Notes: generated by a model from the sequence alone, not told the origin. Shown: positions 10,909-21,075, counted from the first letter of the stretch. The stretch: DNA of 64,000 nucleotides from Candidatus Nomurabacteria bacterium GW2011_GWE1_32_28 (GCA_000989515.1 LBOM01000003.1:15411-79410), one strand, 5' to 3'. Made by a program: numbers and translations.

Positions 10909-11967
10909 TCATATGATTCGTTCAAGACCTTTTGGATTAAGTGAATATTGATAAGCACTTTCTATTGTTATTTCTCCTGCACGTACAAGCTCTAGTAATG
11001 AATGATTTAAATCTATCATACCAAATTTACTTCCTGTCTCTATAATCACATCTATCTCTTTTGTACGTTTTTCACGAATAAGATTAGCAACAGCATCGTT
11101 ATTTAATAATAATTCATAAGCAGGTATAAGCCCACCTGTAATTCTCGGTATCAGTCTTTGAGAAAAAATACCAAGCAAACTAGATGATAACTCTGTACGA
11201 ATCTGGTCTTGCTGATTACCTGGGAAGGAATCTATTATTCTGTCTATTGTCTGTGAAGCATTATTTGTATGTAGTGTAGAAAGTACTAGGTGTCCTGTCT
11301 CTGCAGCAGTGACAGCCGTTGAGATTGTTTCAGAATTACGCATCTCGCCTATCATTATAACATTCACATCTTCACGAAAAACTGATTTTAGTGCTGTATT
11401 AAAATCCTTAGTATCAATACCTACTTCACGTTGATCAATAATAGCTTTATTCTGAGTATAAATATATTCAATCGGGTCTTCTATCGTTATAATATGACGA
11501 GACTGTTCATTGTTTATCAGATTAACCATTGCCGACAATGTAGTAGACTTACCTTGACCAACAGGTCCAACCACTAAGAAAAATCCTTGTTTTTTACGAG
11601 CTAGATCTGCGATGATAGGAGGCAAATGAAGCTCTTCTAATGTTTTTACCTTGGGTACTAACCTAAAAGCGACACTTATCAAACCTCTTTGAAAAAAAGC
11701 ATTACCACGGAGACGTGCTTCACCACGAAAATCATAAGAGAAATCTACTTCTTGTTCTTCTAAAAATTTTGCTAATTTTGTTTTACCAAGAATCTCACCT
11801 AAAAAACCAAGAATATCCTCATTATTTAAAACTCTATTTTTTAAAAGAAAAATAAGTTCTCCTGATATACGAATAGCTGGAACTTTTCCAACACCCAAAT
11901 GTAAATCCGAGCCATTCTCGCGCATAACAATTAAAATAAGCTCCTCTAGTTCTTTTTTATAATCCAT
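10909..11967 (-). CDS. pilT: type IV pilus retraction ATPase PilT
   Basis: 352 aa; Walker A GPVGQGKST; GspE-type ATPase without the N-terminal domain. Confidence 0.9.
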   Translation of the reverse strand: MDYKKELEELILIVMRENGSDLHLGVGKVPAIRISGELIFLLKNRVLNNEDILGFLGEILGKTKLAKFLEEQEVDFSYDFRGEARLRGNAFFQRGLISVAFRLVPKVKTLEELHLPPIIADLARKKQGFFLVVGPVGQGKSTTLSAMVNLINNEQSRHIITIEDPIEYIYTQNKAIIDQREVGIDTKDFNTALKSVFREDVNVIMIGEMRNSETISTAVTAAETGHLVLSTLHTNNASQTIDRIIDSFPGNQQDQIRTELSSSLLGIFSQRLIPRITGGLIPAYELLLNNDAVANLIREKRTKEIDVIIETGSKFGMIDLNHSLLELVRAGEITIESAYQYSLNPKGLERII

Positions 11968-11991
11968 TGTGTTTAATTATTAATTCGTAAT

Positions 11992-12387
11992 TTATTTAAC
12001 AGTTTTTTTTGATAAAATCTCTATTACTTGTTCAATAACTTCGCCTGGAGTAGAATTTGCTTTTACAATATACCCTGAAGCTCCTAATACATTACCACGA
12101 TCAATATCGGATTGTTGGCTCTTGTTAGACAATATTATCTTCGTAGAATTAGAAGATAAATTATCATTATTTATTTTTTCTAACATTTCAAAACCATCCA
12201 TATCTGGCATAATTATGTCCATTAAAATAATGTCTGGCTTTAATCCATCTTTGAGTTTATCGATAACCTGCAATGCTCCTGGAGCTGTATAAACTTCAAA
12301 ATTATGTTGACTAAATTTGAACGCATACATATCTAAAAGAAATGTATCATCATCAACTATTAAAATTTTCTTTTTATCACCTTCCAT
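11992..12387 (-). CDS. single-domain response regulator (CheY/PilH-like receiver)
   Basis: ILIVDDD...DIILMDIIMPDMDGFE receiver motifs; 131 aa. Confidence 0.75.
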   Translation of the reverse strand: MEGDKKKILIVDDDTFLLDMYAFKFSQHNFEVYTAPGALQVIDKLKDGLKPDIILMDIIMPDMDGFEMLEKINNDNLSSNSTKIILSNKSQQSDIDRGNVLGASGYIVKANSTPGEVIEQVIEILSKKTVK

Positions 12388-12445
12388 ATTGTTTATATAA
12401 TTATATTACAAAATTACTCTTAACACTAATGGTTTGTGGACAACT

Positions 12446-14194
12446 TTAATTATTTTCCTCAGTAAAATTAAAAACCTCTTTATAAGGTATTATTCCATCT
12501 AAAGCCTTCAACATGGCATCTTCTCTCATTAAAAGCATCCCATCATTACGAGCTACTTTATAAATTTCAGAACCAATTGGATTTTTTAAAATAACTCTTT
12601 GCATCTCTTTGCTAACACTAAACATTTCATAAATAGCTATTCGGCCACGAGTACCAGAAGGACATTCTGAAGATGGCACTGTATCATACATTTCATTTTT
12701 AATCTCAATTTTACTTTTAAATTCATCAGGCAGGTCCTTTATTTCATTTTCAATTTGTAATTTAATACTTGGATCTATCGGAACAAGTTTCCTAGAAGAT
12801 GGACATGTCATTTTAGCTAAACGTTGAGCAACAGACAAAATAAGAGTAGGCGCAATAAGATAAGGATCAACTCCCATATCTATAAGACGAGGGATTGCAC
12901 CAATAGCATTATTTGTATGGAGCGAAGACAAAACAAGATGTCCTGTCAATGCTGCTTGAATAGCGAGCTGAGCTGTTTCTTTATCACGTATCTCTCCAAC
13001 CATTATTATATCTGGATCTTGTCGAAGAATAGAACGAAGCCCTGAAGCAAATGTGTATCCGATTTCTGGCATCATTTGAGATTGGTTAATATCTGGCATG
13101 TGATATTCAACTGGATCTTCAAGAGATACAATGTTGCTACTCTCTTTATCAAGTTCGTTCATCATAGAATAAAGTGTTGTAGATTTTCCAGAACCCGTTG
13201 GTCCAGTAATTAAGATAAGTCCATAGGGCCTAGTTATGGCATCTCTAAGCATTTTAAGATTTCTTTGAGACAATCCCAACCCATCTAATGGTTTAACTCC
13301 TTTTTCAGAATCAAGAATACGTATGACAACTTTTTCACCATAGTATGCAGGCATAGTAGAAACACGAAAATCAATTTTATGTCCATCAAGAGTTGTACTA
13401 AAAGACCCATCTTGTGGTTTTCTTTTTTCATCTAAACGTAATTTGGCTAGAATTTTTATACGTGCGACTATACCGTTGTAAACGTTTGGGGGTAATATAA
13501 TAGAAGTATGAAGAGTTCCATCTACACGAAAACGCACTTTGACTTTTTCTCCAGTATTTTCTATGTGTATATCAGAGGCATTACCTTCTATGGCGTCACG
13601 CAACATAGCAGAAACAATTTTTATAACTGGAGCATCTTCAACTATTTTTTTTTCTTCACTTGATTTTTTATTAATATTTTCTTTATCTAAATTTTTTGAT
13701 TCACTTAGATTCTTTTCTTTTCTTTCATCTTCTGTAAATTGATCCAAGGCTTCTTCAACTTGGACAGTTAATCCTTGGTAAGTCTCCATTATGTTTTTAT
13801 AATCAGTATTAGAAATAAGAAAAATCTTAAAAGGAATACCTAATTTAGATGAAATAAATTGCAATGCATCAATAGCTTGAGAATTTTCTCCATCTAAAAT
13901 ACCAACCTCTAATATACCTTCCCTAAATTCGATTGGGGCAAAACCATAATGCTTCGCAGCATCTTCTGGAATATATTTTAATGCTTCAAAAGATAAATTT
14001 TTAGATTCTATATGTTTTGTCGGTATCTGAAAATATTCACCCTTTATTTCAAGTATTTTTTCTTCTGAAATGCCAAATTCAATTAAAGCTTCGTCAATAC
14101 TACCACCCTTTTTTTCTTTAGCATTATTTTTTATTTCATCTATTTGTGTATTATTTATTACACCTTTTTTTGCTAATTCTTCTAAAAAACTCAT
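12446..14194 (-). CDS. pilB: type IV pilus assembly ATPase PilB (GspE family)
   Basis: 582 aa; N-terminal GSPII_E_N-like domain; Walker A GPTGSGKST; C-terminal tetracysteine region. Confidence 0.9.
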   Translation of the reverse strand: MSFLEELAKKGVINNTQIDEIKNNAKEKKGGSIDEALIEFGISEEKILEIKGEYFQIPTKHIESKNLSFEALKYIPEDAAKHYGFAPIEFREGILEVGILDGENSQAIDALQFISSKLGIPFKIFLISNTDYKNIMETYQGLTVQVEEALDQFTEDERKEKNLSESKNLDKENINKKSSEEKKIVEDAPVIKIVSAMLRDAIEGNASDIHIENTGEKVKVRFRVDGTLHTSIILPPNVYNGIVARIKILAKLRLDEKRKPQDGSFSTTLDGHKIDFRVSTMPAYYGEKVVIRILDSEKGVKPLDGLGLSQRNLKMLRDAITRPYGLILITGPTGSGKSTTLYSMMNELDKESSNIVSLEDPVEYHMPDINQSQMMPEIGYTFASGLRSILRQDPDIIMVGEIRDKETAQLAIQAALTGHLVLSSLHTNNAIGAIPRLIDMGVDPYLIAPTLILSVAQRLAKMTCPSSRKLVPIDPSIKLQIENEIKDLPDEFKSKIEIKNEMYDTVPSSECPSGTRGRIAIYEMFSVSKEMQRVILKNPIGSEIYKVARNDGMLLMREDAMLKALDGIIPYKEVFNFTEENN

Positions 14195-14201
14195 AATTAA
14201 A

Positions 14202-14606
14202 TTAAGGCATCTCTTTTTCTATTTCTTTTTCTTTTTCTACAGTATCAGATAATTTGATAATTTGATCACTACCAATAGGAGCAAACGGATTTATTCTTCC
14301 TTCACCACCCGGAGATGTAAGCAAAATACTAGAATCATGTAAATTAATAAAAGCCTTGTTTGAAAAAATAGAATCATCTAATCTTATGTTTTTTACACCA
14401 AGTAATACAGAAAGAAAATCTTGAGAAACTGCAAAAGAATCTCCATTTGGTGTATCGGATGTAGAAAACATTGGATCAAAAGATGATGAATTAGAAGAAA
14501 TTAAGTTATTTTCTTCTGGGGCTTTTTTAATTAAAAATACATATATTAAAATTAAAGAAACTCCTATCACCATAAATATTATTATATTTTTTATTTTTGA
14601 AGACAT
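14202..14606 (-). CDS. small membrane-anchored protein of the pilus operon (PilP-like?)
   Basis: 134 aa, single N-terminal TM; operon context only. Confidence 0.3.
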   Translation of the reverse strand: MSSKIKNIIIFMVIGVSLILIYVFLIKKAPEENNLISSNSSSFDPMFSTSDTPNGDSFAVSQDFLSVLLGVKNIRLDDSIFSNKAFINLHDSSILLTSPGGEGRINPFAPIGSDQIIKLSDTVEKEKEIEKEMP

Positions 14607-14613
14607 TTTTATT

Positions 14614-15219
14614 TTAATTCTTTAACCAATAAGTCTTAATTTTAAAATTATATTTATAAATTTCCGATAAAGATAAGTTAACTCCTTCGTTAAAGGAAGC
14701 CGTACTACTTGAAGAAAATTCAACTGAAGATATATCAACAATTCTAAGATTATTTTCTAAATCTTTTATAAAAGAAATAAAATTATTATAAGTCCCCTGA
14801 GAAGAAAATTCTAAATTCAAAATTCTATAACCAAGAGGACTAGTGTCTTTTATTTCAGTATTAAATCCCTTAGCATTTTCTGTTTGAACTTCCTTATTTG
14901 TTGTATCATATTTTATATCCTTAAGGACCATACTATATGGTGCTGCTATTTTTTCTATTTCAAGAATCAAACGAATATTGTCTATATTGTCAGGCAAAAG
15001 TTTTTGAAGTTTAGACAAATCATCTACTTTAAATGAATTAAACTTCTGAGTTAATTTATCTCTCTCTGCTTCAAGAGTTTTCGAGTTATTTAAAGCATCA
15101 TTATAAGATACTATTTTTTCTCTAGCTAAAGAAATCTCATTGTAGTATGGATTAGTAAATGAAAAAAACATCGTTATTGCTATTCCTATTAAAATGGTTG
15201 GTGTAATAAATTTAAACAT
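14614..15219 (-). CDS. PilO-like pilus assembly protein
   Basis: N-terminal TM then coiled-coil; position after the PilN-like gene. Confidence 0.5.
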   Translation of the reverse strand: MFKFITPTILIGIAITMFFSFTNPYYNEISLAREKIVSYNDALNNSKTLEAERDKLTQKFNSFKVDDLSKLQKLLPDNIDNIRLILEIEKIAAPYSMVLKDIKYDTTNKEVQTENAKGFNTEIKDTSPLGYRILNLEFSSQGTYNNFISFIKDLENNLRIVDISSVEFSSSSTASFNEGVNLSLSEIYKYNFKIKTYWLKN

Positions 15220-15227
15220 AATTAATT

Positions 15228-15851
15228 TTATATATCCTTATTATTTAAAAAATCTTCACCGACAGATTCAAGTGTTTTTTTGTAATCAACAAAATTCGGA
15301 TCAACTGAAAACTCTAGATCAAAAAGAACGCTACCTTTATCATCAAGAGATAGATTGGAAAAAATAGGATCAATAAAATATTTATTTTTTGCAAAAAGAT
15401 CAGATTGTAATGCTACAGACTTATAGCCAACTGCAACTCCATTCATTTTTACTTCTATTTTTACGCCAACATTATCAGGGAAACTATAACTAAACTTAGT
15501 ATAGGCAATCGTTTTCATCGTAATAGATTGTAGTGCTTCAAATATAGGAGAAATAGCAATATGTTTAGATAAAATTTCGTTTGAAGCATTTAAGCGTTTA
15601 TCTAAAACCTGAAGTTGGATTATTTTTGATGGTTCAAAGCGATTTTTGGCTAAATTTAAATCATTCTCCATGCTTATTATATTCTTTTTCAAGAGTTCAT
15701 TGTAAAAATAAAGAGCCCCAGTTCCAATAACAATAGTAAAAAAAATAAAAATAGAAATAATAGTAAAAAAACTAACTGGCTGTGACCCAGTAGATCGTTT
15801 TTCAATCATTGGCTTTTTAGGTATGAAAGATGTTTGAAAATTTTGCTCCAT
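15228..15851 (-). CDS. PilN-like pilus assembly protein
   Basis: short cytoplasmic N-terminus, TM, periplasmic domain; immediately downstream of pilM. Confidence 0.5.
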   Translation of the reverse strand: MEQNFQTSFIPKKPMIEKRSTGSQPVSFFTIISIFIFFTIVIGTGALYFYNELLKKNIISMENDLNLAKNRFEPSKIIQLQVLDKRLNASNEILSKHIAISPIFEALQSITMKTIAYTKFSYSFPDNVGVKIEVKMNGVAVGYKSVALQSDLFAKNKYFIDPIFSNLSLDDKGSVLFDLEFSVDPNFVDYKKTLESVGEDFLNNKDI

Positions 15852-15950
15852 ATTATATTCAATTACAAATTATTAATTAAAAATTTAAAATTTAAAATTA
15901 TTGATGCTTTTTAAATTCGTAATCTTTAATTACATATTTATTATCTCAAT

Positions 15951-17081
15951 TTATTGCAACTTTCGCAAGGCTAAACCAATAGCAACCGCAAATTCAGGAC
16001 CAGTAGCCTCTAAAACTTTTCCTAAAAATTCTGGTGCACCAACTTTAGAGAAAGAATGTCCTATCTCTATCTCTGCACGAAAGTTATTAGATGCTACTTC
16101 TTTTAATCCTTTCAAGAGAGACCCACCACCCGTAAATATTACCTTGCTGATGGTTCTGTCATACTTTTTCTCATACCCTAATAATACATTATTTGTTTCT
16201 GAAAAGATATAATCTACATGAACCTTAATTATATCAGCCAAATCTTTTTCAGTAGGATTTTCAAAAAGACCAAACTCTTTTTTTAATTCTTCTGCTTTTG
16301 AAAATGAAACACTTAAAGATTTTGAAATAGAATCAGAAATGTCTGCTCCTCCACGATTTATGGTATGAAAACCTTTAACCATACCAAATTCTACAAGAGA
16401 AAGTTTTGTGCTGGATGCCCCAAAATCAATCAGAAGAACTAAAGAAAGCTCATGTTCAAAATTTGACCTAATAGAAGAAAAAATCTCAATCTCAAAAAAG
16501 CTAGCCTCTAAACTAGACAACGATACAATGGAACGATATTTAGAAATCGCATTATTTTGAATTGCTACTATTAGTACTTCAGTTTTTTCTGGTAAGAGTA
16601 AAGAAGATTTCTCTTCACTGTTTGCTTCTTCAAAAGAAGACTCTTTCTGCGGTAAAATAAAATAATCCAAAGAAATCTCTGTCATTGGAATTGGAATATA
16701 TTTACGCGCTTCTGTCGCAACAACAGAAGAGATCTCGCTTTCCTTGATTTGAGAAGGAAGAGTAATAGTAAAAATCAAACTTGATTGTACTGGTATAGAA
16801 AAGGCAGAAGAAACAGTGTTGACTCCAGACTGTTTTAAAACTTCCTTTAATGCTTCTACTATCTTTTCAACTGGAAGACTAGTAACACGTCCAACATCAA
16901 CATCGGCATAAGAACCAAGTGCTATCGCTCCATAAGTCTCAAGAACAGCCTTACCTCCCTTTTTCTTTATTTCAACAACCTTAATAGAAGAAGTACCGAT
17001 GTCTATTCCAACAACGCTTTCACTGTCCCCGCCTTTAAAAAGGTTAATATTTGAAAAAATTTTTTTAATTGGATTATCCAT
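15951..17081 (-). CDS. pilM: type IV pilus assembly ATPase-like protein PilM (actin fold)
   Basis: VVGIDIGTSSIKVVEI phosphate-1 motif; 376 aa. Confidence 0.8.
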   Translation of the reverse strand: MDNPIKKIFSNINLFKGGDSESVVGIDIGTSSIKVVEIKKKGGKAVLETYGAIALGSYADVDVGRVTSLPVEKIVEALKEVLKQSGVNTVSSAFSIPVQSSLIFTITLPSQIKESEISSVVATEARKYIPIPMTEISLDYFILPQKESSFEEANSEEKSSLLLPEKTEVLIVAIQNNAISKYRSIVSLSSLEASFFEIEIFSSIRSNFEHELSLVLLIDFGASSTKLSLVEFGMVKGFHTINRGGADISDSISKSLSVSFSKAEELKKEFGLFENPTEKDLADIIKVHVDYIFSETNNVLLGYEKKYDRTISKVIFTGGGSLLKGLKEVASNNFRAEIEIGHSFSKVGAPEFLGKVLEATGPEFAVAIGLALRKLQ

Positions 17082-17097
17082 TTTCTTAAATTACGTT

Positions 17098-17103
17098 TAT
17101 AAT
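17098..17103 (+). promoter_or_regulatory. -10 box TATAAT 10 nt before the comF ATG (near-leaderless)
   Basis: gtttTATAATtataacatatATG. Confidence 0.4.
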
Positions 17104-17113
17104 TATAACATAT

Positions 17114-17839
17114 ATGAAATTTTTTGATACTATACTAAATGTGATTTTTCCTGTGAATTGTGTTTCTTGTGGAAAAACAGGCTCAAGCTTGTGTATAGAA
17201 TGTCTTTTAAATTCTAAGCCAGCAGAAAGAGAAAGCGCAACTTGGATATTTCCCTTATTTGATTATCGTCAACCACCTATTAAGAAATCTATTTGGCTTT
17301 TAAAATATAAAGGCAAAAAGAAACTTGCTAATACATTCGCAGAGATTATGTATGGCAGAATAATAGAAGAGCTTTCAGAATTAAGTATGATGAGTAATTT
17401 TTCTAATCCAATTTTAATTCCAATTCCACTTTCAAAAAAAAGATATAAAGAACGTGGATACAACCAATCACAATTAATTTGTGAAGAATTAATAAAAATA
17501 CAAAAAAGAAATGAAACTATCCCTACTTCAGTATCGCACTCCTTGATAGACAGAGGAGCTCCTAGTAAATCTAATATTTTAAATAAAAATTTTAATTTAT
17601 TAAACAATGTTTTAATAAAAATAAAAAATACAGAACACCAAGTAAATATTAAAGATAGAGATACTAGATTAAAAAATCTCTCAAATTCTTTTTTAGTTAA
17701 AAATTCTGAACTTATAAAAGGAAGAAATATTATTGTAATAGACGATGTACTTACCACAGGTGCTACACTAACTGAAGCAAAAAAAATATTAAAACAATTT
17801 GGTGTAAAAAAAGTAATCGCTTTCACAATAGCGCATTAA
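17114..17839 (+). CDS. comF: ComF-family protein (double zinc ribbon + phosphoribosyltransferase domain), competence-related
   Basis: N-terminal CVSCG...CIEC zinc ribbon; C-terminal IIVIDDVLTTGATL PRTase motif. Confidence 0.75.
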   Translation: MKFFDTILNVIFPVNCVSCGKTGSSLCIECLLNSKPAERESATWIFPLFDYRQPPIKKSIWLLKYKGKKKLANTFAEIMYGRIIEELSELSMMSNFSNPILIPIPLSKKRYKERGYNQSQLICEELIKIQKRNETIPTSVSHSLIDRGAPSKSNILNKNFNLLNNVLIKIKNTEHQVNIKDRDTRLKNLSNSFLVKNSELIKGRNIIVIDDVLTTGATLTEAKKILKQFGVKKVIAFTIAH

Positions 17840-17863
17840 TTTCCTAAAATTTATATCTTCATA

Positions 17864-17869
17864 TATAAT
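17864..17869 (+). promoter_or_regulatory. -10 box TATAAT 6 nt before ATG of gene 17876 (leaderless transcript predicted)
   Basis: catataTAATaaagatATG. Confidence 0.45.
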
Positions 17870-17875
17870 AAAGAT

Positions 17876-19039
17876 ATGAAATATTGTAAAGATTGTGAAC
17901 CGGCACAAGAAGTGCACGCTGTCGCTTACTTCTCTGTCGTAATGAATTATGTCAGTGAACCATTTTTTAATATTATGGAGATGCTTTTTAAAAGCACAGC
18001 AGAAGCTATTTCTAACAAGACTTCAATACCATTTTTAAAATTAATGGTCTTTCTAGGGCTTGCACATTTTTCTGATAAACCTGATGAAAAAGATTCTTTA
18101 CGTACAAGATGTTTTTGGGATGAAGCTATAAGACGTGGTATAAAAATGATTGAATTTAAAATGGGTCCAATAAAAGACTCTTTTATTGCAGAGTATAAAG
18201 GCAAAACGATAACCTTCGATGGATTACCTCGTTTAGAATCTGATTCTTTGAAATGGATGGACAATAAAGGGATAATGAAAATAAAATTCTTAAAAGAAGG
18301 CTTGCCCGTAGCAAAAGGAGGCACAGCCTTTACAAAAAGAAAAGCATTAAAAATATTTAAGGAAATAACAAAACCAGTAATAACAAAACCAAACTTAGGT
18401 TCACGTTCTCGTCACACACTCATACACATAGACACAGAAGAAAAACTTATTTATGGATTTAAAAAAGCAAAAAAGCTTTCTCCGTTAGTGGTAATAGAAG
18501 AAGAATTACGAGGATATTTATTTCGATGTACTTTGGTCGGAGGAAAATTTGTTGGTGCAGTGAGACGTGACCAACCAGAAGTAATAGGAGATGGAATACA
18601 TACATTAAAAGAATTAATGGATAAAGAAAACGAAAGACCAGAAAGAAAAGGACCAATATTTCATAAGATAGTCATTGACCCTGATGCAGAAATAGAATTA
18701 AAACGAGAAGGAATAAAAATGGAAGATGTTCCAGAAAAAGATAAAATAATTACATTTTCACAAAAGACAAGTCGTGGTATTGGTGGATCGACAACAGAAG
18801 TCACAGACATAGTACACCCTGAAAATATCAAAATGTTAGAAAAATTAGGAGCTTATTTAAAAGATCCATTAGTCGGTGTAGATTTAATAATAGAGAAAAT
18901 AGAAAAACCATGGTACACAGAACAACATTGCGGAATAATCGAATGCAATTCTCTACCTTTTATTGATCTTCACCACTACCCTCTTTTTGGTAAACCAAAT
19001 AATGTAGCAGGTAAACTCTGGGACCTTGCTTTACCATAA
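17876..19039 (+). CDS. ATP-grasp fold ligase-like protein (cyanophycin-synthetase/RimK-like)
   Basis: 387 aa; C-terminal IIECNSLP resembling the E-x-N Mg-binding segment of ATP-grasp enzymes; central K/R-rich ATP-binding region. Confidence 0.45.
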   Translation: MKYCKDCEPAQEVHAVAYFSVVMNYVSEPFFNIMEMLFKSTAEAISNKTSIPFLKLMVFLGLAHFSDKPDEKDSLRTRCFWDEAIRRGIKMIEFKMGPIKDSFIAEYKGKTITFDGLPRLESDSLKWMDNKGIMKIKFLKEGLPVAKGGTAFTKRKALKIFKEITKPVITKPNLGSRSRHTLIHIDTEEKLIYGFKKAKKLSPLVVIEEELRGYLFRCTLVGGKFVGAVRRDQPEVIGDGIHTLKELMDKENERPERKGPIFHKIVIDPDAEIELKREGIKMEDVPEKDKIITFSQKTSRGIGGSTTEVTDIVHPENIKMLEKLGAYLKDPLVGVDLIIEKIEKPWYTEQHCGIIECNSLPFIDLHHYPLFGKPNNVAGKLWDLALP

Positions 19040-19050
19040 TCTAAAATAGA

Positions 19051-19545
19051 TTAATTTTCTTCTATTGTAATTTCTGACTTAGGATCGAAAGCATCTGGGT
19101 CTAATTTTAAATGAGAAATATATTTTTTTTGAACCACAAAATCACCTAAAAATTTTAAAAAATCTTCTCTCTTATCAATCTCTCCTCTTTCTTCCATATG
19201 TTTAAAGGGATGAGATTCAGGAGTAAATTCAAAATGTCCACAGATTTCTCCATCTTTATAAATTCGCAAATGATATTGCTCCTCAAAATCCATTAATTTT
19301 CTCCAGCTTAAAACCTGATCTTCATCTATCCAGGCAATAAAATGATTACCAAAACCCCATTTTGCATTAAGATGCAACTTGAGAGCCTCAAGACTTTTAC
19401 CAGGGGCAAGCCAACCAATATGATATTTTTGTCTACCCTTTTTGTGCCAAATAATCCCTGTTTTTAAAAGAAATTTACGAGTTGGTAAGAAAAAAGAATA
19501 TATATAATCCCATATTTTTTGTTTAATTTTATCGAAAAAAGTCAT
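19051..19545 (-). CDS. hypothetical protein (164 aa)
   Basis: complete ORF convergent with the ATP-grasp gene; no recognisable motif. Confidence 0.4.
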   Translation of the reverse strand: MTFFDKIKQKIWDYIYSFFLPTRKFLLKTGIIWHKKGRQKYHIGWLAPGKSLEALKLHLNAKWGFGNHFIAWIDEDQVLSWRKLMDFEEQYHLRIYKDGEICGHFEFTPESHPFKHMEERGEIDKREDFLKFLGDFVVQKKYISHLKLDPDAFDPKSEITIEEN

Positions 19546-19571
19546 GCATTTACTATATCATATATTTTTAA

Positions 19572-19599
19572 TTGACAGAATAGATAAAAAACATATAAT
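19572..19599 (+). promoter_or_regulatory. sigma70-type promoter TTGACA-16nt-TATAAT; ATG 6 nt after the -10 (leaderless)
   Basis: aaTTGACAgaatagataaaaaacaTATAATtagcaaATG. Confidence 0.6.
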
Positions 19600-19605
19600 T
19601 AGCAA

Positions 19606-20427
19606 ATGGAAACAGAAAAAAATTTAGAAACACAAACACAAAATGAAGTAAAAGAGGTTGAAAAAATTACTATAAAAAATTTAGATAAAAACAAATTATC
19701 AATTCCTATGGCTATAATAATAGTTGGGGTATTGATAGCTGGATCAATATATTTTTCTTCAATTACACAAAATAATTCACAAAAAAATAATAACGGTTTA
19801 GCAATAACAACATTACCTATTGTAAGCAAAGAAGATAGAACGTTAGGTAATCCAAATGCAAAAGTAACAATTATTTTGTATGAAGATTTTCAATGTCCTT
19901 TTTGTGGAGCAGTCACAGGACTAGAACTTAATTCACCTTCAATGCAGCCTGTAATAAAATATCTAAAAGAAAGAGATCCAAATTGGGCCCCATATGTACC
20001 AGAAATTGTAAATAATTATGTAAAAAATGGAGATGTTTTATTGGTCTATAGAGATTTTACATTTTTAGGTAGAGAATCCACAAAATCAGCTGAAGCTGCA
20101 AGATGTGCAGGAGATCAGGATAAATTTTGGGAATACCATGATTATCTTTACTCTCATCAAAATGGTGAAAACGAAGGAGGTTTTTCTGATTCTAATTTAA
20201 AATCTTTTGCAAAAGACCTCAGCCTAGATTCTACTACATTTGACAAATGCCTCGATGAAAATAAACATGCGCAAGCCGTTGAAGATTCAAAAGAAGGAGG
20301 AAATAATGCTGGTGTTACAGGGACACCAAAAGGTTTTATTCTTAGAGATGGAAAAATAATGGGAACAATAGAAGGAGCAGAACCACTCTCAACTGTAAAA
20401 CCAAAAATTGAAGCAGCACTTAAATAA
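19606..20427 (+). CDS. DsbA-like thiol:disulfide oxidoreductase with N-terminal membrane anchor
   Basis: CPFC active-site motif (FQCPFCGAV); thioredoxin fold. Confidence 0.75.
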   Translation: METEKNLETQTQNEVKEVEKITIKNLDKNKLSIPMAIIIVGVLIAGSIYFSSITQNNSQKNNNGLAITTLPIVSKEDRTLGNPNAKVTIILYEDFQCPFCGAVTGLELNSPSMQPVIKYLKERDPNWAPYVPEIVNNYVKNGDVLLVYRDFTFLGRESTKSAEAARCAGDQDKFWEYHDYLYSHQNGENEGGFSDSNLKSFAKDLSLDSTTFDKCLDENKHAQAVEDSKEGGNNAGVTGTPKGFILRDGKIMGTIEGAEPLSTVKPKIEAALK

Positions 20428-20430
20428 ATT

Positions 20431-21036
20431 ATGGATTTTATTTTTAATCTAGATTTACAGACATTGGTTAAAACCATCGGTTATCTTGGTATATTTTTTA
20501 TAATCTTTGCTGAGTCTGGGTTATTTTTTGGATTTTTTTTACCAGGAGATTCTCTGTTGTTTACAGTGGGATTATTGGCGTCACAAGGATACTTTGATAT
20601 CTTATTACTAATTCTAGTTGTTACATTTGCAGCAGTTCTTGGTGATCAAATTGGGTATTTATTTGGAAAAAAAATTGGTCCTAAAATTTTTACTCATGAT
20701 GATTCTTTTTTATTTAAAAAGAAGTATATTTCAGATGCAGAAAATTTCTATCAAAAACATGGTAGAAAGGCTATCGTAATGGCACGTTTTATTCCAATAG
20801 TTCGTACATTCATACCAATTTTAGCAGGAGTGGGTAAAATGCATTACAGAACATTTATCACATACAACATATTCGGGGGGTTAATATGGGGTGCCGGCAT
20901 AACATTACTAGGATATTTCTTGGGCCAACAAATTCCAAATATTGATAAATATTTAATACCAATAATATTGCTTATAATATTAATCTCATTTTTACCTGCT
21001 ATATTTTCGTATATTTATAATAAATTAAAAACATAG
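20431..21036 (+). CDS. DedA/VTT-family membrane protein
   Basis: FAESGLFFGFFLPGDSLLF signature of DedA (SNARE-associated) proteins. Confidence 0.8.
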   Translation: MDFIFNLDLQTLVKTIGYLGIFFIIFAESGLFFGFFLPGDSLLFTVGLLASQGYFDILLLILVVTFAAVLGDQIGYLFGKKIGPKIFTHDDSFLFKKKYISDAENFYQKHGRKAIVMARFIPIVRTFIPILAGVGKMHYRTFITYNIFGGLIWGAGITLLGYFLGQQIPNIDKYLIPIILLIILISFLPAIFSYIYNKLKT

Positions 21037-21075
21037 AAATAATTTTTAGAATGCCTTGCACAGGAGTTTAGAAAA

